Origin: Podarcis liolepis
Lineage: Eukaryota
Reading direction: 5' to 3' (one strand)
DNA length: 64,000 bases
Assembly (NCBI GenBank): GCA_965112155.1
Contig: OZ218105.1
Below are positions 26,047 through 38,895 of this stretch, one piece after another; positions within the stretch are counted from its first letter, which is position 1; each line of letters starts with the position of its first letter. Both the position numbers and the translations under genes were made by a program. The notes beneath the pieces were generated by a model that did no database searches, was not told where the DNA came from, and worked only from the letters and a program-made list of their open reading frames with translations.

Positions 26047-26859
26047 TATAGATTTTGACTATCATCTAACTAATGCAGACTGCTGTGGGGGTTTTTGTCA
26101 GAAGCAAAAGCAAGAAGGCAAAAGGAGTTCTACTTTCTTGATATTTCAATGTTACTGCATATGACACAAATCTGTATTCAAGACCCAAGCATTAGTATCT
26201 AGGTCCATTTTGCCTACCTAAGATGCATCCACACCAAGACCGCTGAAGGGAAAATATTGGAGCTTGAAAGAGACCTAGGCTTGATGAAGGGTTTCAGGGG
26301 GTGTATCCAATGCCAGGCAGGTAATCAATATCTGCCTCAGGGTGAACAGGTAGAATTACATGCTTTGGCTAAAATTACTTTGATACTTTGTGTATATTTT
26401 TCAGGGTAAAGCTAAAGGGTTAGTTAGCAATAAGCATGGGGGAGGCTTTTGATTCAGTTCACATTTAAAGATGAACCAGCCTAACTCTCTGAAACAAAGC
26501 ACAAACCATAACACAGCCACCCATCAGAATTTGCACCTTTCCTAATACTTGGATAACAAAACTGCATGGACAGCGTCTCCATCCTAATAAAGACACATGC
26601 ACAATATCACTATTTAAACTTAGTTCCAAAATGCACATCACCATAAATAAATGCCAATTTGCTGTGCATCAATGGTGCCCCGAATCCAACACCTTAGCTT
26701 GCCAAGTTACTGTACTGTGTGGTTAAAAAAAAAAAAAAGGTAAAAGGTGTGGTATGAACAGTCCACATCCTCCTTTTTGCATCTCATGATATAGTAGTCA
26801 AATAAGATTCCTATGCTTTGCCTTTATTGTGGACATTCATTGTGTACTAACCAGTGTGA

Positions 26860-27102
26860 GAGAGCCAGTGTGGTGTAGTGGTTAAGAGCGGTTGTCTCGT
26901 AATCTGGGGAACTGGGTTCGCATCTCCGCTCCTCCACATGCATCTGCTGGGTGACCTTGGGCTAGTCACACTTCTCTGAAGTCTCTCAGCCCCACTCACC
27001 TCACAGAGTGTTGTGGGGGAGGAAGGGAAAGGAGAATGTTAGCCGCTTTGAGACTCCTGAAGGGGAGTGAAAGGCGGGATATCAAATCCAAAACTCTTCT
27101 TC
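26860..27102 (+). mobile_element. tRNA-derived SINE, Squam3-like
   Basis: A-box TGGTGTAGTGG, B-box GGTTCG, GGGTGACCTTGGGCTAGTCAC core, (CTT)n tail; near-identical inverted copy at 42548-42806. Confidence 0.85.
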
Positions 27103-27754
27103 AAATCCAAATGCATCGTCTTCACTTAATTATTAGTGGAAAGGTTATGGTCTTCAAGTCTTGGAAAAACTGAAAGGCGGGATATTGGCCTTCCCAGCTT
27201 CATAATAGCCCATGGTTATACTTGCTCAATTGCAGTGTTAGGCAACACAGAATATCAGACATTAAATAGATGTTTAATGATACAGCATCTCCAAGTGACT
27301 CCAGCTCAATTCTTATTTAACATGAGAGGTAGGGTTGCTGATATCCCTTGCTTCTATTTCGTGCTGCTCTGGGAATGCACAGAAGTGTAAAAACAACATG
27401 GAGTCCAAGGCTGGATGCAGGAGGTATGATTTGAGTGGTTTCCCCTATGGTTTATGTAATTGCAATGAAGGCAGGAAGCAGCAAACACACTGGCCCCGTA
27501 AGCCTCAGACCTTTAACAGTGCAACAAATGTACAGGCCTGATGCACACAAAGTTTTTTGAAGTGTTGACTACAATAGATGCATCTCGCTAGTATAGCTTT
27601 GTTTTCCCGTTATGCATAAATTTACACTGCCGCTGCTTCAGCGAGAAACCAACTTTCTTATTCTTAAATACTGAAGCCGCAGATAATGAGACACCACACT
27701 AGAAAAACATCTTCGCAAGTAAAACGGATAAATTAGACATTCCCCCTCCCCAAT

Positions 27755-27787
<33 letters not shown>

Positions 27788-27908
27788 CACATATGGGTGA
27801 TGGCACTTAACAGCCACACAATGACATAGGAACTGCAAACTTCCATTAACATTCCCTACATTTTCAGAGTGAAGGTGGAAATACTTGTAGCTCACTTACT
27901 TAAAGGTA

Positions 27909-28150
27909 CAGTGGTACCTCGGGTTAAGTACTTAATTCGTTCTGGAGGTCTGTTCTTAACCTGAAACTGTTCTTAACCTGAAGCACCACTTTAGCTAATG
28001 GGGCCTCCTGCTGCCGCCACGCTGCCGGAGCACGATTTCTGTTCACATCCTGAAGCAAAGTTCTTAACCCGAGGTAATATTTCTGGGTTAGCGGAGTCTG
28101 TAACCTGAAGCGTATGTAACCTGAAGCGTATGTAAGCCGAGGTACCACTG
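27909..28150. mobile_element. Tc1/mariner-type MITE
   Basis: TA|CAGTGGTACCTCGG...CCGAGGTACCACTG|TA; internal TAACCTGAAG repeats; homologs at 42167, 50984 and 57642. Confidence 0.9.
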
Positions 28151-28989
28151 TACATGAAACAACATTTGGGACCTCATGATCAATTATAGTTTATCATGGT
28201 GGAAATGAACTGCTGTGAACCTTGGATGTTCCTCCTCTTCCTATGCTCCTGTGAGTCAGATGGCTCTCATATCTGCTATGCCACACTGACTTACACATTT
28301 TAATATACATCTGCTCCTCATGTGACATAAAATTCTCCCTACCACTGGGATGATGTAGATAACTAAAGTATCACATTATGAAGCTCACCTAAGGGTAGTT
28401 TGGGAATCTTCAGTGGCTAAGTCAAAAGGCTCATCCACACTCCCATTAGCCTTGTTGATTTCCCCTGGGGAAACCTGTGGTTTAGTGCTGAATCCAAACA
28501 AATGCCCATCAGGTTTTCCGCACATTGCTCTTTATTCCAATTTAGTGCTCAAGGTTTTCCAGGAGGAAGCAATGGGGCAAAGCTCAGAACTGTGCCTAGG
28601 AACCACATGGCAAGTGGAAAACCCATGCTTTCTAGGCATAGAACAAGTGGAAATGTGGACGAGCAGAAAGCATGGCAAGATGTGTGACTCAAAGCCCTTC
28701 CACATATATCATAAATAGTGGCATCATATATATAATATATAGCAGCATATATCATATATAGTGGTATGGCTACTGGAGTGTGTTTTTTGGGTGTGGGTGT
28801 GGTTGGAGTCTGACAAATAAGATCATCATTCATCAGCTAGTATTCCAGAATATTGTACCAGCTCCACCCGTTCCTTTTTTTATACTGAGGGGAAAAAAAA
28901 CTGACTTTTGTGAAAGAGCCAGAATCAATCCTCAATATTTACATTTGTGTGGCATCTGTACAAGCATTGTCCCAGATTGTGTGTGGAGG

Positions 28990-29534
28990 CAGTGGCATCG
29001 CAATGGGGGTGGGGGCGGTGTGCCCCGGGTGCCATGTCTGGGGGGACAACAAGAAGGCAGCCTGCGGGGGCTCGCCCCGCTGCGGTGGCACGAGCAGCCA
29101 TCGCACCGCTGCAGCCACATTGTGGAGGATCCTCCATTCGTGGATGCAGCCACAAGCAGAGGATCCTGGTGCCAGTGGCAAACCGCTATGTACAGCGCAT
29201 GTGCGGCATCACATGCATGCTCTGTACATAACGACGATGCCCATGCGCTGTACATAGCGGTTTGCCGCCGGCGCCGCTCAAGCGCCATATGGACAGTGGT
29301 GGGATCCTTCCGTCGCCGCTGCAGCCGCATGTAGAGGATCCTTCGTTCATGGCTGCAGCCACGAGCAGAGGATCCCGGTACTGTCCATAAGGCGCTGGAG
29401 CGGCGCCGCTGGCAAACTGCTATGTATAGCGCATATGCGGCACTGCTACGTTGCGTTGTACGTAGTGACACTGCACATGCGCCCTTCGTAGCGATGCCCC
29501 ACCCTGGGTATCACGATGCCTTCGTTCGCCCTTG
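28990..29534. mobile_element. Non-autonomous hAT element with internal inverted and duplicated blocks
   Basis: CAGTGGCATCGC start; perfect TSD TGTGGAGG (28982-28989/29535-29542). Confidence 0.85.
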
Positions 29535-29604
29535 TGTGGAGGGGTTGGAATGTGGTTCAGCTTTCATTTAAAGTTGATCTTACCTAATTTACACTTTTCA
29601 GAAC

Positions 29605-29727
29605 CAGGGCTTTTTTTCAGCCGGAACTTGCCGGAACTCAATTCCTAATGGCTATTGCCATTCTAAGAGAATGAGGGAGGTGTTAATTGTGAATTCTGGC
29701 ACCTCTTTTTCTAGAAAAATAGCATTG
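29605..29727. mobile_element. hAT-type MITE
   Basis: CAGGGCTTTTTTTC...GAAAAATAGCATTG; TSD TTCAGAAC/TCCAAAAC; inverted homolog at 329-446. Confidence 0.7.
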
Positions 29728-32343
29728 TCCAAAACTATATGCGCAGTGAAACATAGCAATCCTTCAAAATTCCCACATCACCAAATATGACAAGGCAGTT
29801 CCCCAGCCATGTATACAAAAATACATATAATAGGTTAAAGAGTTTACAAAAAATGCACATATTCATGAAAATAACACAAAACATATCATGTTAGGAGAAA
29901 ATGCTTTGTGGAAATGTGTACATTAGGCCACATTGCTTACTATTGTCTATATTGGGAGAAAATCACACAAAAACGCAGATGAATTTCCATGAGGACCTTT
30001 AAATGATGATTTCAAACTGATGTGGAAATGTGGAGAAGTGAATTTAATATTGGGAACATGAGAAAACTGAGAGAAACCATAACCAACAGATTCACCCATC
30101 CCACACTGGGGGGCCTAAGAGCCTTATAATAAATTGTTAGAATTTGTCTTCTAGTTAGACATTTTCTCCTTGCATTCCTCAAGGCAGTAATTGCAGGGAT
30201 CTAATTACATCCCTTTTTAATTAACTTGCTTATCTTAGTTTTGTTGTTTTGCAGGCCTCTACAAAGGGGAAGTTTTCTCTTGCTGTTTTGATGCTTATAT
30301 GAGAAGACTTTTCCTGTACACTTCAAGAAAAATTGCAGGGCTTGATCATGACACAGAGGTTGAAAATGCTGACAGCTATTTGACCCCCTACCCCCTCATC
30401 TAAGCCGTTGTACTTGCCATTTTTGCTGCAGGGGGAATTAAACAGGTAGCAGCGACTCTGGAAAAAAAAACAAAATCAACAATTCAAATAAAGGATCAGC
30501 TTTGACAATAAGGTTGTTTTATGAAGCATGGAGGATTGTGGAAACATATTCAAAATGTGTGTTGCCAAGTGCAATATATTTCTTCATGGTCCTGCCACAA
30601 CTACATTATGTGGGTGGATGACTCACAGAGGAGTTTTTTCACCCTTCTTCTTTCTCTCAATTGCAACAGGAAAGCCTTATCTACAAAAATAGAGTTATGC
30701 AGTGAGCAAGGAATGACACTTTCTGGTGATCTTCTATTAAGATTTATGAGAGAATTTTTGTTTTTTTAAACTCACTAACTTGCCTAAAAATAGCCTGTTT
30801 ATGAGAGATAGATAATTTCACCCAGAAACAATTTTTCATGCTTGCCTTGTGGACACCGTCCTAAGTTTTGGGTCATTTCTTGGCAAGAGGTGTCAGTGAA
30901 AATGCATTAACATCCCATTTCACCTGTTCTGCGGCTTACTCATAGAATACACAATTGCTGCAGCTAAACCCAGGTGACCGCTGACTCCAAGATGAAGATC
31001 TGTGTATTTATATCCAGAGCTGTTTATAGTCCATGCTGTTGTTACTGTTGGCTGTTGTTATTTTTTTTAATGTGAAATGATGTGTAAAGTAATCCTAATT
31101 CAGCACCAAGGAAAGCTCAATTCTTCAATTTCCACATCAAATGAATTTGCATCTTTTATTCCACATAATTGCTTCTGCTTTTTGTTTTATTTTACTGTCT
31201 TGCATAATTGGCTCTGGGTTTGCTAGTCAGGCAGAGGAAGTGACAAGGAGCTATGCAGGGGACAGAAGCACCCCCTCCTTCGCCTAGAAACCTTTCTGAA
31301 TATGCAAACCCTCTGATTCCCAAGATTTTAGCAAGCCTTGCCTTCCATTAGCAGCAGACAGCATGGCAGGTCTGTGCCACTCATCTGGTCTTCCTCTGTA
31401 TGCATCACTGCTGTATGCTGGGAGCAGAAAGGTTGGCACAATGAAAACGCACTGGGAGGTATGCTGGATTGGCATTCCTCTCCACTGCAGTATGCAACAA
31501 TGACAGAAACAGAGGGAGTTCAGGTGAGCAGCTCAGCCCCATAAAGCCATCAACTACTGCCCTTCAGATTTCCACATAGATCGTCACAGCCAGGAAGACT
31601 GGAAACTTGCTCCTGTATTTTTAAAGGGAACCTGATGCTCAGCAAACGAAATTCTAGACCCAATAAACATTCTTCAGGTTTCCTTCGCTGAATTGCAGCA
31701 TACACCCAGTACTAAAGAGACTCTTATTTTCCCCCTTACTTGGTCCTTCACCAGTTAAGAAGCTCTGTCTTTTGAACATCATTTAGTGCATGAGTGTCTA
31801 TGTGTTGAATGAAGTCTTAAAGACTGCAAGGGCCCCTACGCACAGATAATGGTTCTTTTGCTTGTAGGATCATAAGCATTTATGCCCCATCCTTCCTAAT
31901 GCCTGTAAGCTGCTTCCTCCTCCTTCGTCTCAGTATTGCCCTTGTAGAACAGCAGGGAGGAGCCAACTAGAATTACTTGGCTCCAACTGTCATTGCCTCA
32001 GTCTCCACCAGCTGTTTGGGCTACCTGCTCTGCATCCCACTAGACTTGAGGGGAACCAGCCACCACCGAAAAGACCAATTTCATAGGCAGGAACATGAAA
32101 GGAGGACTATTTATTTATTTACTTATGGGGGTGAATGCTTGCTAAAGGGGTTCTTGTAATGTGGTGGGTGTAGACTCTAGCTATTAAGAATCAAATCTGC
32201 TCCCATCTTGGGTTCTTGAGGCCAGTGAATATGCAACGTTCTTAACCACACTACTTTTATTTGGGAGAAGCAGCTGTGGGGTTCCAATCTGGAACATGTT
32301 CCTGATCCAAAACTGAGACGCTCACTGGTTTTCTCATTTAAAG

Positions 32344-32839
32344 CAGTGTTTCCCAAAGTGGGCGAGACCGCCCCCCCGGGGGGGGGGGTGCTAGAATGAT
32401 CCAGGGGACAGTAGTAGCTTCAAGTGCAATTGGGGGGCATTGGATAAAAATAAGTGGGCAGAGGAAGCATAAAGAAAGAAAAGAATTTTGAACAACTGTT
32501 TGTACAATTGTATGCTGTGTACTGATGCTTACTGCCAGGTCAGGCACCATAGCAGGATGGCAACAACACCTCCCCCAGATTCAACAGTTGTGCTAGAGGC
32601 GAGGAGTTTTCCTGGGCTTTGGTGAACCATTTTTGGCTTCAGCCAGGCCCAGGAAGTGGATTGCAACTTTACTATGTTGTAGGACGTAGGTAGAAATATA
32701 GAAAGATAAAAAAACACAAATTTGTCACTGCATCTTTTTGTTTTTCCGCTTAGAGAAGTTGGATTTCCAGGGCCACTGATTTGTTGTTGTTGTTGTTTTG
32801 GAAAGGGGGCAGCAGGCCAAATAAGTTTGGGAACCTCTG
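32344..32839. mobile_element. Old hAT-type element
   Basis: CAGTGTTTCCCAAAGT...AGTTTGGGAACCTCTG; TSD degenerate (ATTTAAAG/CTCTGAAG). Confidence 0.6.
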
Positions 32840-33802
32840 CTCTGAAGCATGGCAGAATATTGGGAACTTGTTCATATATGTACGTATGTATGCATAGACA
32901 TATAGACACCAAGACATTTCAGTGCATGTTTGGCTTGTAGGATTTCCCCAGTCACTTCCCCTCCTCGCTCTCAGCGTTTCATGTCAGCTCTTTTGTCTTT
33001 TCAGATAAAGATGAAGTGGACTAGCTTGTCTTTTTGAGTCTGCCAGTATCGCCCTTCAGCTAGCATTGCATAGGCCTTACTTCCCCCCCCTCTTTCCGTC
33101 CCCTCGCAGCTCCAGCTGAGCATTCTGCTTCATCCCTGTGACTTGAACAGGGACTTGAAATCTACTTGACAGTGGGTAGTGCATGTGGAGTAGCTGTAAT
33201 TGTAATGTGAGGCATTAGAAGTGGCTGGAGATTCCAGAAGGTCGCTGTTGAGCTTGCCAATCAGGACTTTGAGTATTATATAGAGCACCAAGGGCTGCCT
33301 GCTGAAGCTAAGAGCAAGCCATTGTTTGTGTGCTCGGAGGAGGATGCAAAGTCAAACAACCTGAATTGACATATGGGTGCCACAAATAAATGCATGGGTG
33401 AAGGTGGTTTTGCACCTACTGCAGTGGAAAGTGGAAGGCAGGGATTTCCAAGTGTGCAAAGACAGAGATCCGAAGCATCAGGAATACCATTTTGACATAG
33501 GAAGGAATTTACTGATCCTCTTATTGAGCAACTCTTTATAAACTTCCAACAAACCCCATGGTTTTCTGCAACACAGTTTGAAAAGAACTGTGCTAGGGCA
33601 ATAGATAGCAAGTATCGAGAAACATTCCCGCATAGGTGTTGTGAGTTGTGCCTTATCCGTAAACCAAGCTCCAGTATGAACTCCACACAACAGTAGTAAA
33701 ATGCCATTGATCTGGTTCTTCTGAAGTCATTTCAGGTATTTCAGAATTAGAGTGTGAAAAGGTGGTTTTAATTTTCTCACATTTCCCTATGTTTCCTGGC
33801 AG

Positions 33803-33920
33803 CTCATACAAACGATTAGTGCTGTGGACAAGGACGAGCCACCACGTGGACACAAATTTTTTTTTGAGCTGGTGCCAGAATACACAGTCCATCCAAACTT
33901 CTCCATCGTGGACAACAAAG
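33803..33920 (+). CDS. CDH9: Cadherin exon ([39 protein letters not shown])
   Basis: ggcag acceptor, G|gtaggc donor, 118 bp, phase 0-1; translated by eye. Confidence 0.95.
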
Positions 33921-34016
33921 GTAGGCTCTAATTATTAGCTCTAGGTGCCCTGATTTCATCCCTGCACGTAAAGATTCCTAATGTGAGTTTCCATTTCTCT
34001 TGGTCTTCTGGTTCAG

Positions 34017-34268
34017 ATAACACAGCAGGCGTTATAACAAGAAGGAATGGATACAGCCGGAATAAAATGAGCACCTATGTCCTGCCAGTGGTAATATTTG
34101 ACAATGACTACCCCATCCAAAGCAGCACTGGCACACTGACTATCCGGGTGTGCACCTGCGACAGCCGAGGAAACATGCAGTCTTGCAATGCTGAAGCTTT
34201 GCTCCTTCCAGCGGGTCTGAGCACAGGAGCCCTCGTTGCCATTCTGCTCTGCATCGTGATTCTCCTGG
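34017..34268 (+). CDS. CDH9: Cadherin exon, EC5 end and start of the transmembrane helix ([20 protein letters not shown]...[18 protein letters not shown])
   Basis: ttcag acceptor after a 96-bp intron, G|gtaggt donor, 252 bp, phase 1-1. Confidence 0.95.
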
Positions 34269-34446
34269 GTAGGTGATTTTGTCCCCTTCTCTTGCTTTAC
34301 ATCTGAAAAAAATGATTAAAATGTCCAGACAAGGGGAAGAGGATATTTGACCTAGGGGCCAACTTCTAGTCATTCCTTTTTCCAGACCTGCACAAATCAA
34401 GTTAAGAGGTGCTTTAATATGGAGATAGGTTGGCTCAGTTCTGTAA

Positions 34447-34823
34447 GGTAAAGGACCCCTGGACAGTGAAGTCCAGTCGAATTTGACTATGGGGTGCGGC
34501 ACTCATTTATGCTTTCAGGCCAAGGGAGCTAGCGTTTGTCTGCAGACAGCTTTTCTTGGTCATGCAGCCAGCAGGACTAAACTGCTTCTGGTGTAACAGA
34601 ACACCGTGATGAAAGCCAGAGCACACGGAAACGCTGTTTACCTTCCTGCCGCAGCAGTACCTATCTATTTACTCACACTGGCATGCTTTTGAACTGCTAG
34701 GTTGACAGGAGCTGGGACAGCGAAATGGAAGCTCACCCCATCGAGAGGATTCAAACTGCCGACCTTATGATCGGCAAGCCCAAGAGGTTCAGTGGTTTAG
34801 ACCACAGCACCAGCTGCGTCCCA
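34447..34823 (-). mobile_element. Sauria-type SINE, full length
   Basis: GGGACGC head on the - strand, family body, TTTACC tail; imperfect TSD GCTCAG.T.TGTA. Confidence 0.9.
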
Positions 34824-36007
34824 ATGCTCAGCTGTGTAGGTCAGCTGTAACCAGCTGATAGTTTAGAGATGTTTTGATACTAGTGAGGGAACATGCAAAA
34901 CAACATGTTGTACTTGCTGAGACTCAAAATTGCTGTTTTGGAAAAGTAACATAGATTACTCATCCAAAACATACATTGCACATGCTCATTTTTAAAATTG
35001 GCGTTTTTGGGAAATGAAAATAGTTCATACATGGGTTCAACAGTACCTCTGTATAACCCACCAGGTGGTTGTGTGCCATCCTATGTCTCTGATCAACAGC
35101 CCCAAAGCTCATTGCAAAGGGATCAGGGGAATTCTGCCAGATTCCCATAGTTCAAATACCAACTGAGATATAAGGATAGTTATATTTAATAATATTGCAT
35201 ACTATCTAACATGCTGAGGGGTGAAAGTCATGATGTATGAGCATTTCTGCCAACATTGACATACCAGTGAAGTGGGAAGGGCATATGTCAGGAATGATCT
35301 TTACTTTCTGAGGAACGGCCATGTCTCTGCTTTGCTTGTAGTGACTGTGGACAATGTTGCCTCTTGGCCATGTGTCAGCCTGAAGAGCTGCATCCCACCA
35401 TCCATTGTGATGTCACAAAGTTAGACCACAATTCTTTGCTTGTGTGCGACTTATCAACACTAAGATCAAAAGGAAGAAAGTTTCACCTAGTGGGGTCAAA
35501 AGTTGGAAAAAAAGAAGTGCCAGAGGCATCTTAGTTTGATGTAGTTCTGTGCAGCATACAAATTAATCCAAGGTCCAATTCAGGTGGCCTTCTCCCAATT
35601 AGTGGTTAATTAACAAAGCTAGAAAAATGAAGATCCCTGCCCTGTCTGAGATCTGTAGTATCGGATTAAGAATTGACACATCCATCTATTTCTGGTCCAC
35701 ATCACTTTCTCGTGTCTTCACCCATAAGTCTACTTCATTCAGTTTCTGAATACATGCAGAATTCAAAAGAAAAACTGTAATAAAATGTGCATATAATACA
35801 TATTTAAATACATATTTTCAAACCTAATGGGCAGCACCCAGTGAACTGGTTCCATTAGTACAAGGATGTATATTTGCACATTGGAACCTCCCCTCTTCTC
35901 TTCTCCCCATGCCCCCTTGTGCCCTCCTCAGATCTGCTCTGGAGGCTTGTGGGAACTCCAAAAGATATTTAGCAGGTGCATGGGGAGAGAAGATGGAGGG
36001 GAAACAT

Positions 36008-36758
36008 TTGCATGATGAGGCCCCAGGCCCCACAGTTCCCTCAGAAATAAGCACACAGACATGAATATGTTGGGTTAATGGGATAAATTAGGCCCCAACG
36101 TTATTGCTTACAGATGTGAGCAGTCTGGCTTAGGCAATTGGATGAAGCAAGACTATGTTCTGAATCCTGCCCATCTGCAGGGGTCCCATAAGGGTCAACC
36201 ACCAATAGGGGGAGCCCTATGGTATACATCAATTGAGTACCCCCAAGGTTACCGATGGGGTCGTGGCATGGCCCTAGCCCATGCCCAGGCTTCGGGCAGG
36301 AACCACACCCCTGGATCCTTTAACAGGATACCCTTAACGTGGAGAGCCAGGCCAGAGGCAACAACTGCCCCTCCCATGACAAGGCTTACCTAATGCCTAA
36401 CCTTACAAAGTTGTGACAATTGCTACTAGGTAGGCGAAAACCAAATGGCTGGTGCCAGTTTGCCAAGTAGAAAAATTCCTACCTGGCCTCAACAACCAGA
36501 CGACCGACATTAGTCATAGCAAGGCCATAGTCAAGCACACAAGAAAAGAGGGTGGGTGGGCTGGGAGATCTGAGGGAGGAGATGAATGGAGGCCACCCTC
36601 TCCAGCCACGCTGCGGTTTAAATACCACATGGCCACGCCCCCGGCTAACCTGATTGGTCAGCCGGGGGACGTGACATGGCAGCTGGGAGTCCTAATGATG
36701 TGGGCAGCATCCTTGCCCACAGCCGGGTCACTGGGAGGTCTCGGGTTGCCACCCGCAA
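36008..36758 (-). mobile_element. TSD-less LTR-like structured element, copy 2 (possibly DIRS/Ngaro-derived)
   Basis: TTGCG...TGCAA ends on the - strand; shares ordered conserved blocks with 45747-46473 and 59429-61226; CCAAT, GC box and TATTTAAA near its 5' end. Confidence 0.7.
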
Positions 36759-37882
36759 TGCTGCACCCCCCCAAAAGGGAGCCATTTTCTAAATACATTT
36801 TCTTTCAAAATTTGCATTTTTAGACATACATTATATTTATTTGGGGGTGAGTACTGCTTCAGAACATCCAGGAATGATCGGAATGATCTCATCAGGGAAG
36901 CATGTCTGGTGCCACCACAACTTTCAGACACCAAGAAACTCTTGGTTACCCATGCTTCTCCTCCCCAGCCCTCTGCAGTTCTGGGGCTTTCCCCAACTTC
37001 CCAGAATCAATTTAGGGGCAGGCATGGTAGGAAAGGAGAGGAAGCAAAGCCTTGTTGTGTTAGTGGGAATTGGCACTAGCACAACTGTGGCACTAACTTA
37101 GTCATGTTCATCAGTTTCAATGGATCTCCCCTTCAGTAAAAGTTCACTGACTACCACCCAATAATTATAACATCATAGTTTGTTTCGAAGGGCAGAAAGC
37201 AACCCATCACCAAAGGAATGTAAGTGCAGCTGAAGATGAACTAAAAGCACCCTGGCTTGTTGCGTTGTTTCCTGCTGTTTAATGCAGCAATTAAATTTAT
37301 GATGAGCTTTTACAAGTTCATAAAAAGTCCCAAATACAAATGCAGAAGAAGCCACTTCTCTAATAAGAGGGCACCTCCTCTAAGGATCATGCTTTTAACT
37401 GTTGAAGTATGAAACTTGATGTGTTGCCCATAACAACAACAAAGAAGAGTGCTAAAGGGGGATAACTGAATAGACTGGAGAGCCAGGGAGAGTATTCTTT
37501 GTAGTGAAGGCAAAAGGGAAGTGCCAAGGTTCTCTAAAACTTGTTTGTGAAAACAGCATGTGTAGACTAAACCATACACATTTATTAGTCAAATTGCTTC
37601 AGCAACATCCTCACTACAATATAACCTTGGTTGAGTCATTTGGTACCCATGAGCACCAAATGCATGCAGAGGGTTCTGAGAGCTTTCCCTCCTAAATGCC
37701 AGCATAGGTGCCACCTCACCCCACCTGATGATGCTCATAGGTGCATAGGAAGCTGCTTGATCTTCAGTCAGACCATTGGTCTGTCTTGTTCAGTACAGTC
37801 TACACCGAGGACCAGAAGTTTCTCATCCATGAGGCTAATTAGCCCCTTGAGGCCTCCCCACTTGGCCCACAAGGCCATTTTG

Positions 37883-38212
37883 CCCGGAAACTGAGGTCTG
37901 CCCCGGAAACTGACGTCCAGCACTGAGGGCCTTCTGGTGGTTCCCTTGCTACGAGAAGCCAAGTTACAGGGAACCAGGCAGAGGGCCTTCTCGGTAGTGG
38001 CACCCGCCCTGTGGAACGCCTTCCCACCAGATGTCAAAGAGAAAAATAACTACCAAACTTTTAGAAGACATCTGAAGGCAGCCCTGTTTAGGGAAGCGTT
38101 TAATGTTTAATAGGTTATGGTATTTTAGTGTTTTGTTGGAAGCCACCCAGAGGGGCTGGGGAAACCCAGCCAGATGGGCAGGGTATGTATAAATAAATAA
38201 ATAAATAAATAA
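37883..38212 (+). mobile_element. L2-clade LINE 3' end
   Basis: Encodes EGLLVVPLLREAKLQGTRQRAFSVVAPALWNAFP; GC-rich 3' end followed by (AAAT)n tail. Confidence 0.85.
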
Positions 38213-38658
38213 TTTTGACTAAGCCATGCCTACCTGACCTACAATGGGGCTGCTCTCCCTGCTTGTTCCACATGCCGCTGAAGGCAAATGGGCATAATGG
38301 TCACGAATCCAGGATTGGCACAGTCCATAAGAAATCCAGTTGCAGCAGACTTATCTTAAACTTGACAATAACTTATAATAAGACAAAACCTTAACACTAC
38401 ATACAGAGCAGAACACCACACCAGAACAAAGAGATAGAAAGAGAAAGTGTGAAACCCAGGCTCCTCCTGACCTGACTATTATAGTCAGCATGACCTTGAC
38501 GGAAAGGATAACAGAACCAGTTTAAACCAGCTGTACTCAGCTTCCCAGAAGGAATAACCCAAACATCAAAAACCTTCTGCCTACTTCTTTCACGTTGAAA
38601 GAAACCTTCCAGAACACTCTTGAACTAAGTAGAATAGGAAAGAAACATCAGACCAATA

Positions 38659-38895
38659 CAGTCATACCTCGAGATAGCTTCGGAATAAGTATTTTCGGGT
38701 TTTGCGCTGCGGCTACCCGGAAGTAACGGAGCGCGCTACTTCTGGGTTTCACCGCTCGTGCATGCACAGACGGTCAAAATGGCATCACACACATGCACAG
38801 AAGCAGTGAACGCAAGCACGGACGCGGGTTGTGTTTGCTTCTGGATGTGAACAGGGCTCCGGAACGGATCCCGTTCGCATTCAGAGGTACCACTG
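38659..38895. mobile_element. Tc1/mariner-type MITE
   Basis: TA|CAGTCATACCTC...GAGGTACCACTG|TA; inverted homolog of 1770-2031. Confidence 0.85.

Noticed and set aside
26860-26935. tRNA gene
   Set aside because: The A/B boxes continue into a SINE body and tail; a second copy is at 42548-42806.
27909-28150. Repeated TAACCTGAAG units as a CRISPR-like array
   Set aside because: Eukaryotic context, irregular spacing, bounded by TIRs and a TA TSD; these are subterminal MITE repeats.
28780-29471. Long ORFs on both strands (184 and 179 aa), and similarly 44375-44995
   Set aside because: MITE interiors with inverted modules; no recognisable domain.
33921-34016. 96-bp intron (multiple of 3) as an in-frame retained intron
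   Set aside because: The reading frame hits TAA four codons in (GGT AGG CTC TAA).
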